Shown one piece after another: positions 7,087 through 13,252 of a DNA stretch of 13,252 nt (the first letter of the stretch is position 1; each line of letters opens with the position of its first letter). This DNA comes from Thermotogota bacterium. Lineage in GTDB: Bacteria; Thermotogota; Thermotogae; Petrotogales; Petrotogaceae. The position numbers and the translations under genes are program-made. The notes beneath the pieces were generated by a model. That model did no database searches. It saw nothing but the letters and a program-made list of their open reading frames with translations, and was not told the DNA's origin. Where the stretch lies: NCBI GenBank assembly GCA_051748045.1, contig JBNJGY010000048.1, positions 1 through 13,252 of the forward strand. Direction: 5' to 3'.

Positions 7087-8411
7087 TGAAAGATAGAATT
7101 AAAAATGTCTTAAATCACATAAAAGATGAAGGTTTTAAAGGTCAAATAAATATTTTCCAAAGTTCGTCAAAAAAAGCATCCTTTTCAAATGGAAAACTAG
7201 ATGAATTAACTGAAGGAGAAAAAGGTAATGCTGGAATAAAAGTTATTTCTAAAGATGGTAGAGTTGCTAATAGTTTAACTAATATCATCGAAGAAGATGA
7301 ACTTATGAAAGCAGCGAAAAAAGCTATCAGTATGGCAAAATATTCTGAAAAAGATGAAAACAATGATATTTCAAATGACAAAGAATTTACATACATTGAT
7401 TGGGCTTATGATGAAGACACCAAAGGCTTAGAATTAGATGATTTAATAGAAATTACAGAAAAAATGGAAAAATCAGCAAGAGCTTATGATGAAAGAATTA
7501 AATTTGTCAGAGGGGCAGAACACACAACAAACCTTACAAAAATAATTTTTGCAAATACAAATGATGTTTATAAATATGCTGATTATACAACATCTTCAGC
7601 TTCTATTATGTTAGCAGCAGTAGAAGGTGACAAATCTTCTATGGGATCTGATTTTGAAATATCTCAAAGTTATAGATTAATAGATACCGATAAAATAGTT
7701 AAAAAAGCTGCAGAAAAAGCTTTAGCAGGATTAAAAGCAAAGATTTTAAAGTCTGGAAGATATAATATAGTTCTTTCTCCTTATACTTCAGCTCAATTAA
7801 TTGGTATCGTATTTAGTTCTTTATCTGGAGAAAATGTATTTAAAGGAAAATCTTTCTTCAAAGGTAAAATAGGCGAAAAAGTAGCGTCTACTAAATTTAA
7901 CTTAATTCACGACCCTATGAATGGATCAGCTCCAATAATAAGCAGCTTTGATAATGAAGGTAATAATACATCTAGATTCCATTTCATAGAAAACGGGGTA
8001 TTAAAAAATTACGCTCACAACATCTATTCAGCTAACGCTTTAGGAGAAAAACCAACTGGAAACGCATTTGCATCATCTGGTTCACCTATTCCAAGCATTT
8101 CACCTATTAACATGCATGCATTGACTACTACTACTAAGAAAAAAATAATTAATCAAGAAAAAGCTTTATATATAGAAAATATAATGGGTCTACATACTGC
8201 AGATCCAGTTTCAGGAAGATTTTCTGTTCAAATAAGTGGAAGAATTATTGAAAATGGAGAATTTACTGGAAGTTTCAGAGGAATGACTCTTGCAGGTACT
8301 ATACCTGAATTATTAGAAAACATAGATGATGTTTCATCAGATTTCAAATACACAGGTTCCATTTCAGGTTCGACTATGTTAATAAAAAATATGAGTATTG
8401 GTGGAAAATAA
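7086..8411 (+). CDS. pmbA: PmbA/TldE protein (non-catalytic partner of TldD)
   Basis: KGKSFF, FDNEG, IENGVL, PTGNA, GLHTADPVSGRFS; lacks HExxxH; TAATG stop/start coupling with tldD. Confidence 0.9.
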   Translation: MKDRIKNVLNHIKDEGFKGQINIFQSSSKKASFSNGKLDELTEGEKGNAGIKVISKDGRVANSLTNIIEEDELMKAAKKAISMAKYSEKDENNDISNDKEFTYIDWAYDEDTKGLELDDLIEITEKMEKSARAYDERIKFVRGAEHTTNLTKIIFANTNDVYKYADYTTSSASIMLAAVEGDKSSMGSDFEISQSYRLIDTDKIVKKAAEKALAGLKAKILKSGRYNIVLSPYTSAQLIGIVFSSLSGENVFKGKSFFKGKIGEKVASTKFNLIHDPMNGSAPIISSFDNEGNNTSRFHFIENGVLKNYAHNIYSANALGEKPTGNAFASSGSPIPSISPINMHALTTTTKKKIINQEKALYIENIMGLHTADPVSGRFSVQISGRIIENGEFTGSFRGMTLAGTIPELLENIDDVSSDFKYTGSISGSTMLIKNMSIGGK

Positions 8412-8418
8412 TGACATT

Positions 8419-8449
8419 AAAAAAAAGAGAGCTTTTAGCTCTCTTTTTT
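8419..8449. terminator. Bidirectional intrinsic terminator between pmbA and rplT
   Basis: AAAAAAAAGAGAGC-tttta-GCTCTCTTTTTT between convergent genes, giving a U tract on both strands. It overlaps the rplT stop codon. Confidence 0.9.
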
Positions 8450-8804
8450 ATGCTTTTAATGCTTCTCTAGCAATATTAACATATTCTTTGAATGTATCAT
8501 AATCATTTACTGCTACTTCTGATAACATTTTTCTGTTTATATTTATATTTGCAATTTTTAAACCATGAATTAATTCATTGTATTTTATTCCTTCATTTCT
8601 TGCTGCTGCATTAATCCTTGTAATCCAAAGTCTTCTGAAGTCACCCTTTTTCTTCTTTCTACCTTGGTAAGCATATGCTCCTGATCTATAGAATTGCTCT
8701 TTAGCTAATGAATATCTTCTGCTCATCGCACCTCTATAGCCTTTTGCAGCTTTTAAAAATTTCTTTTTCTTTTTTCTTGAAGTAACCGCTCTCTTAACTC
8801 TCAT
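8448..8804 (-). CDS. rplT: 50S ribosomal protein L20 (bL20)
   Basis: MRVKRAV, AKGYRG, FRRLWITRINAAAR, NRKMLSEVAVND. Confidence 0.98.
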   Translation of the reverse strand: MRVKRAVTSRKKKKKFLKAAKGYRGAMSRRYSLAKEQFYRSGAYAYQGRKKKKGDFRRLWITRINAAARNEGIKYNELIHGLKIANININRKMLSEVAVNDYDTFKEYVNIAREALKA

Positions 8805-8832
8805 TGTTCATGTCTCCTTCCCTTTATCTTTA

Positions 8833-9036
8833 TTATTTTAATCCTAATAATTTGTTTGCTGCATCTTCAAAAGCAGGATCTACAACTTGTTGTTTCTTTA
8901 AAACTCTCATTTTTGAATTTGTTTTTTTACCTGTATTATGGCCTGTGTGGCTTCTATGTCTTACTATTTTTCCGCTTCCAGTAACTTTAAATCTTTTTTT
9001 TGCTGCACTTTTTGTTTTCATTTTTTGTTTAGCCAT
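8833..9036 (-). CDS. rpmI: 50S ribosomal protein L35 (bL35)
   Basis: KMKTKSAAKKRFKVTGSGKI; lies between infC and rplT; SD AAGGAGG. Confidence 0.97.
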   Translation of the reverse strand: MAKQKMKTKSAAKKRFKVTGSGKIVRHRSHTGHNTGKKTNSKMRVLKKQQVVDPAFEDAANKLLGLK

Positions 9037-9055
9037 TGTACTTCCTCCTTAAAAT

Positions 9056-9607
9056 TTAGCTTTCTTTATTTTTTTTATATTGTTTTATTTTTTTCGGATC
9101 AGGTTCTAAGAAGATGTCCATATCTCTACCTTGCATTTTGGCTTTTCTACCAACATTTGCAATATCTTTAGTATCTTCAACAATTCTATCGATTAACTCT
9201 TTACCTCTGTCCTTAAACATTATGTCTCTTCCAAGGAACATAATAACAGCTCTTACTTTATTTCCTTCTAGTAAGAAATCTCTTATTTTATTTACTTTTG
9301 TATCGAAATCATGATCATCAATTCTTAGTCTAAATTTCATTTCTTTTAGAACTTGTTTTTTCTGATTTTTCTTTGCTTCTTTTTCTCTCTTTTCCTTTTC
9401 ATAAACATATTTACCATAGTCCATAATCTTAGCAACTGGTGGCCTTGCATTTGGAGCAACAAGAACTAGATCCAATCCCGATTCTCTTGCTGATTTCAAA
9501 GCTTCTTGTTTTGATACTTGCCCTAATTTTTCGCCTTCTGCGTTAATAAGCAATACCTTTGAAGCTCTGATCCCTTCATTCTTAACAACTTTGTTCTTAT
9601 CGCTTAT
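9056..9607 (-). CDS. infC: Translation initiation factor IF-3; probable start ATA at 9607 (ORF-track ATG at 9619)
   Basis: NEGIRA, GLDLVLVAPNARPPVAKIMDYGKY, KEMKFRLRIDDHDFDTK. The SD-like AAGGATGGTGA covers the upstream ATG/GTG and lies 5 nt before the ATA. Confidence 0.95.
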   Translation of the reverse strand: MSDKNKVVKNEGIRASKVLLINAEGEKLGQVSKQEALKSARESGLDLVLVAPNARPPVAKIMDYGKYVYEKEKREKEAKKNQKKQVLKEMKFRLRIDDHDFDTKVNKIRDFLLEGNKVRAVIMFLGRDIMFKDRGKELIDRIVEDTKDIANVGRKAKMQGRDMDIFLEPDPKKIKQYKKNKES

Positions 9608-9632
9608 GAGTATCACCATCCTTTTTGATTTT

Positions 9633-9674
9633 TAAATAAAAATAAACGGGTAGCTTTATACAAGCCACCCGTTT
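9633..9674 (-). terminator. Attenuator terminator upstream of infC
   Basis: Minus strand AAACGGGTGGCTT-gtata-AAGCTACCCGTTT (13 bp with one G-U that is valid only on the minus strand), followed by ATTTTTATTT. Confidence 0.85.
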
Positions 9675-9778
9675 GTGTTTATATATAAACACACAGCAAT
9701 TAAATATTATTTCATTAACCCCTGTCGACTTACTTGTCCGAGGTGGGAAGCTTAATGGGTGACTTCCGCTTTTTGTAT
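9633..9778 (-). ncRNA. L20 leader (ribosomal protein bL20 autoregulatory RNA)
   Basis: AAGCGGAAGTCACCC...GCTTCCCACCT resembles the Firmicutes-type L20 leader core. Helices GGAAGT/GCTTCC and ACCTC/GGGGT are present, with a downstream terminator and the canonical position 5' of infC-rpmI-rplT. Boundaries are approximate. Confidence 0.8.
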
Positions 9779-9780
9779 TA

Positions 9781-9856
9781 TGGTGGGCCATGCAGGATTC
9801 GAACCTGCGGCCTACTGATTAAGAGTCAGCCGCTCTGCCAGCTGAGCTAATAGCCC
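9781..9856 (-). tRNA. tRNA-Lys (anticodon CTT)
   Basis: 76-nt cloverleaf: acceptor GGGCTAT/ATGGCCC, D arm GCTC/GAGC, anticodon arm GCTGA-CTCTTAA-TCAGT, T arm GCAGG-TTCGAAT-CCTGC, encoded CCA. Confidence 0.97.
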
Positions 9857-9877
9857 ACTTTAAAATGTCCGAATTAA

Positions 9878-9906
9878 ATTATACAATAGTGTTAATCATT
9901 TGTCAA
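9878..9906 (-). promoter_or_regulatory. Perfect consensus sigma70 promoter for tRNA-Lys and probably infC-rpmI-rplT
   Basis: TTGACA (9906-9901), 17 nt, TATAAT (9883-9878), ending 21 nt before the tRNA 5' end. Confidence 0.9.
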
Positions 9907-9913
9907 GCTAAAA

Positions 9914-10117
9914 TCACTTTGTTTTGGCTTTGTTATCACTCTTTTTAGAATCGTTAACATAATAACCAGAACCTTTAAATGCTATACCAACATTACCTAT
10001 AATTTTTTCTGCTTCTGAGCCACATTCTTCACAAGTAATTTCAGGGGTTTCTTTCATTGAATGCATAACTGTGAATTCTTCTCCACAATCTGTACATTTA
10101 TATCTGTAAATAGGCAT
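9914..10117 (-). CDS. FmdB-family zinc-ribbon protein
   Basis: MPIYRYKCTDCG...CEECG...FKGSGYYVND; SD AAGGAG. Confidence 0.9.
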   Translation of the reverse strand: MPIYRYKCTDCGEEFTVMHSMKETPEITCEECGSEAEKIIGNVGIAFKGSGYYVNDSKKSDNKAKTK

Positions 10118-10149
10118 GCAACCATCTCCTTTGTTTCTTATTCTATATT

Positions 10150-10779
10150 CTATTTATCTATAGATCCTTTTGCTAAATACCAAAGATATAAATCCAACTT
10201 TCCCATGTCTTCTCCGAACTTCAAAGAAAGAGGTTTTAATCTATTTTCAACTCCAAGATATTTCTTTTCAGACCAACCAGATTTTGGAATTTGTGAGATC
10301 ATATCATTTTTAAGCATTATTCTCATTATATGTTTGTCTAATATAGCTAGGTCTTTAACCCCTACATTTCTTAAAAAATGACTTGCTTCTTTCCAACTAA
10401 TTCCTTTTACATTTTTTGCTATATATTTTCTGACTTCAAAAGGATTCTTTTTTATCAAATCGGGTAATTCGTTTATAATCCATCTATTAGATATTATATA
10501 TTTTGTTCTAGTATTTGGAAACCTATGTCCTACTTCTTTCATTTTTTTATTTAATTTTTTCTCTTCCAATTCAGCGAATGCTTCTTCCCCTATATATTTT
10601 TGTGCTTTTATGCCACCTTTCGATGACCAATTGGCTGTCATAACACAAAAAGATAGTTCTGAAAACAGTTCGTATTTATTTCCTTTTTTCCCTAATTTTA
10701 TAAACTCATCAAATCTAGATTCAACTTCATTCTTTATAATTGGTTTTACACTATTAAGTTTTTCAATTAGATCGTCCAT
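10150..10779 (-). CDS. ogg: 8-oxoguanine DNA glycosylase/AP lyase (OGG2 type)
   Basis: ELSFCVMTAN, GHRFPNTR, HhH motif VKGISWKEASHFLRNVG with catalytic Lys, ILDKH catalytic Asp, LDLYLWY, C-terminal Lys. Confidence 0.92.
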   Translation of the reverse strand: MDDLIEKLNSVKPIIKNEVESRFDEFIKLGKKGNKYELFSELSFCVMTANWSSKGGIKAQKYIGEEAFAELEEKKLNKKMKEVGHRFPNTRTKYIISNRWIINELPDLIKKNPFEVRKYIAKNVKGISWKEASHFLRNVGVKDLAILDKHIMRIMLKNDMISQIPKSGWSEKKYLGVENRLKPLSLKFGEDMGKLDLYLWYLAKGSIDK

Positions 10780-11491
10780 CCTTTATAACCTCTTTTTCTG
10801 CATCTCTTGTTCTTTTTAATGTATAAAATCCTAACCCTAAATAAATCACAAAAGCAACTATTAAAACATAAAATTCTATCTGACTTAAATTTCTCAACCC
10901 ATTAAGCAATCTATTACCGCCTATGTCTAATCCAACATACTTTTCTAAAAGATATATTGAATAGAAAGAAAGCAATGCAGAGCCAAAAATCACTGATATA
11001 CCTGTAATAATTTTATTGTAATTTTTAGATATTAAAAGAGCTAAAACAGCTCCTATAACTACAAAAATAATCCAAGGTATATATTCTTGATCAAAGGGTA
11101 ATTTTTCTAAATAATCATAATTCGAACTTATTAAAAAGTTTCCTAAATTATATCCTAAAATACCTCCTAGAATAAAACCTCCAACAGATAAAGCCATCTT
11201 TACAATACTGTAGAAAATCATTCCGAAAATAAAACTAATTATAAAAAATATGAAGAACTTAAAATCAGCATATTCATAAATAAAATTATTCACCTGTTCA
11301 ATTTTCAATAAATATGGAATCAACAAAGAATATGACCCATAAAATCCTATCAAAAAAATAGAAAATTTAGAAGAAAATCTTGTTAAAAAATTCAAAAAAA
11401 ACGCTAAAGGTAATAAAATCCATATCGAAGAAATTAGTGTATCATAATAATTAAAAATAAAACTTGTAAATTCGTTAATAGTTTGATCCAT
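10763..11491 (-). CDS. Polytopic membrane protein, DUF4203/TMEM198-like; start probably ATG 11491 rather than 11500
   Basis: About 7 hydrophobic segments with Gly-rich helices (GGFILGGILG, ISVIFGS). SD GAGGAGG abuts ATG 11500 but is 9 nt from ATG 11491. The family call is tentative. Confidence 0.7.
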   Translation of the reverse strand: MDQTINEFTSFIFNYYDTLISSIWILLPLAFFLNFLTRFSSKFSIFLIGFYGSYSLLIPYLLKIEQVNNFIYEYADFKFFIFFIISFIFGMIFYSIVKMALSVGGFILGGILGYNLGNFLISSNYDYLEKLPFDQEYIPWIIFVVIGAVLALLISKNYNKIITGISVIFGSALLSFYSIYLLEKYVGLDIGGNRLLNGLRNLSQIEFYVLIVAFVIYLGLGFYTLKRTRDAEKEVIKDGRSN

Positions 11492-11492
11492 G

Positions 11493-12584
11493 CTATTCAT
11501 CCTCCTCTTCTGATACTGTTAATAAACCTGCAGATATAATTGTCATAGCACTTAAACTTATTAGAACCACAGGCATACTCAAAGCGGCTAAATAAGGTCC
11601 AAAAATATTCCCACTGATTCTCAGTGAAGAAAAAACCGACATTCCAGTATCTTCGAACCCCCTAGATAATATCGATGCGTATTCGCTACTCATAGTTAAA
11701 GATAGTCCCAATAGCAATCCACTAAATATAGCAATTGACAAATATATTGGTGGTTTTGAAATAAATAAGTATGAAACAAAAATAATCAACCCAATTGAAA
11801 CAGGAAGCCATTTTTTAATTCCATATATTTTATGCTTCATAAAATTCCCTAACATAACAAATAATGAAAATGCAGAAGACAATATTTTACCCAAAACAGG
11901 CATATTAAAATTTCTTTCCACATAAACTGGTATAATAACTTGGTTTGATACGATAGCCACAAGAGTTATAATCCCAAAAAGTGTTGCTAAAAATATCATT
12001 GGAGAAAATTTCTTTTTTTCTTTCTTAGAATAATCTATTTTAACATCGTCAACGCTTTTAAAAGTCACAAAACCATATACTGTTAAAAAGATTGCCAATG
12101 CAAATAAAAATACATAAGGAAAATAAATAAAACCTGTTCCCAATATAAGAGGGCCTAGTATAGCCCCTAAACTCCCCATTATTTCTACATATCCATAAAA
12201 TTTAGATTTTTTCTTTAAATCAATATCTGCTTTTGAAACTCCAGTAAGGGCAATGTTAAAAAACAAAGGATCAAAAACACCTTGTAAAGCTCTGAAAAAA
12301 ATAGCCAATATTGGATTCGTTAAAAATAATGCTACAAAGAAAAAGCTGATACCCCAACCAGTTAATCCGGTTAAAAAAGCTTTTCTTTCACCATATTTCC
12401 TTAATATTGGTCCCCAAAAAGATCCTAATGCCATTGAAACAAAAGGAGTTATAGCTATAAATGTACTTGTATAAAAAGTATTATTGCCAAATATTTCTAA
12501 AATCTGTGGAAAAGAAGAAGCGATTCCAACTTGTGTAAAAACCGAAAAGAATGGTAATATTAATAAAATCTTTAAACTTTTCAA
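11493..12584 (-). CDS. Major facilitator superfamily transporter
   Basis: Motif A-like GPILRKYGERK, FRALQG, LGAILGPLILG, about 11-12 hydrophobic segments. The TTG start overlaps the upstream TGA stop. Confidence 0.85.
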   Translation of the reverse strand: MKSLKILLILPFFSVFTQVGIASSFPQILEIFGNNTFYTSTFIAITPFVSMALGSFWGPILRKYGERKAFLTGLTGWGISFFFVALFLTNPILAIFFRALQGVFDPLFFNIALTGVSKADIDLKKKSKFYGYVEIMGSLGAILGPLILGTGFIYFPYVFLFALAIFLTVYGFVTFKSVDDVKIDYSKKEKKKFSPMIFLATLFGIITLVAIVSNQVIIPVYVERNFNMPVLGKILSSAFSLFVMLGNFMKHKIYGIKKWLPVSIGLIIFVSYLFISKPPIYLSIAIFSGLLLGLSLTMSSEYASILSRGFEDTGMSVFSSLRISGNIFGPYLAALSMPVVLISLSAMTIISAGLLTVSEEEDE

Positions 12585-13135
12585 ATCTCTAACTCCTCTC
12601 TTCTATAAACTTCTTCTTTTTCTATATCAATAAATTCAACTTTATGCTCTTCTAAATTTATTTTAATAACTGAATTTCTTGACGATTCTTTTGGTAAAGA
12701 AATTGATCCGGGATTTAAAATATATAATCCATCTTTTTTATTGAACTCAGGTATATGTGTATGCCCGTACAGTAAAACATTACATTTCATTTCTTCAGCC
12801 ATAGGAATTGCTTCCTCAATTGGTGGTGTCCACCCATGTGTCATGAAAATATTTATATCATTATATGACTCAGTTTTATAATAAATTGGTTCTGGTATAT
12901 TAAGTACATGATGATCAATTTGAGAATCACAATTACCTGTAATAAAAGAATAATTTTTGTTTTCTAATAAAGAGATAACTTTCTTTGGATTATATCCTTT
13001 AGGTAAATCATTTCTAGCGCCATGATATAAAACATCACCCAAAATAATATACCTATCTACATCTTTTAATGCTTTCAGTGCTTTTTCTAAAAATTCAGCG
13101 GATCCATGAATATCACTTATAATTCCTAAAATCAA
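12581..13135 (-). CDS. yfcE: YfcE/MJ0936-family metallophosphodiesterase; probable TTG start at 13135
   Basis: SDIHG, GDVLYHGARN, GNCD, THG, GHTH, NPGS. The ORF-track GTG at 13144 is inside the SD GAGGTGA, which lies 5 nt before the TTG. Confidence 0.9.
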   Translation of the reverse strand: MILGIISDIHGSAEFLEKALKALKDVDRYIILGDVLYHGARNDLPKGYNPKKVISLLENKNYSFITGNCDSQIDHHVLNIPEPIYYKTESYNDINIFMTHGWTPPIEEAIPMAEEMKCNVLLYGHTHIPEFNKKDGLYILNPGSISLPKESSRNSVIKINLEEHKVEFIDIEKEEVYRREELEI

Positions 13136-13167
13136 GATAATCACCTCATATTTTTTTCTATAACAAT

Positions 13168-13176
13168 ATTATCACA
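13168..13176 (-). promoter_or_regulatory. possible extended -10 for the yfcE operon
   Basis: TGtGATAAT on the minus strand about 20 nt upstream of the SD; AT-rich context. Confidence 0.4.
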
Positions 13177-13224
13177 AAATGACTTTAAAAATTATTTCAG
13201 TTTGATTTATATAAATAATTATTA

Positions 13225-13233
13225 TGTTATAAT
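13225..13233 (+). promoter_or_regulatory. extended -10 firing rightward out of the window
   Basis: TGtTATAAT; the target is outside the window. Confidence 0.45.
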
Positions 13234-13252
13234 TTAATGTATATTGATTTTA

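Noticed and set aside
5683..8411. TldDE as part of a RiPP/microcin cluster
   Set aside because: No precursor peptide, YcaO, radical SAM or exporter gene is adjacent; stand-alone tldD-pmbA pairs are common.
7142..9314. ORFs 7142-7396(-), 8804-9052(+), 8938-9171(+) and 9114-9314(+)
   Set aside because: Antisense to pmbA, rpmI and infC; the Phe/Ser/Leu-rich composition is typical of reverse-complemented Lys/Glu codons.
9597..9791. 64-aa minus-strand ORF as a leader peptide
   Set aside because: It begins inside the tRNA acceptor stem, has no SD and runs across the L20 leader and terminator.
9781..9856. tRNA as an integration site for a prophage or island
   Set aside because: No integrase and no duplicated tRNA 3' end in the window; the flanks are housekeeping genes.
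10061..12474. Plus-strand ORFs 10061-10381, 10610-10819 and 12253-12474
   Set aside because: Antisense to conserved genes with no independent support.

Overview
AT-rich bacterial chromosomal window. The gene set (OGG2-type glycosylase, signal-peptide style, GGAGG/GAGGTGA ribosome sites, TGnTATAAT promoters) suggests a Thermotogota/Petrotogales-like organism, but this is inference. From left to right: a MoxR-type AAA ATPase plus HExxH/vWA (DUF2201-like) gene pair (-) divergent from rqcH/NFACT (+); a 360-bp structured intergenic region with heptamer-based direct and inverted repeats, triloop hairpins and a REP-like motif; a secreted double-HKD PLD-family enzyme (-) divergent from tldD-pmbA (+); a bidirectional terminator; a (-) unit of consensus promoter > tRNA-Lys(CTT) > L20-leader attenuator > infC-rpmI-rplT; and a (-) operon yfcE-like > MFS > membrane protein > ogg > FmdB zinc ribbon. 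The genes are mostly housekeeping. The least explained parts are the 4039-4398 repeat cluster, the tRNA/L20-leader fusion with a probable ATA start for infC, and the MoxR-vWA/RqcH arrangement.
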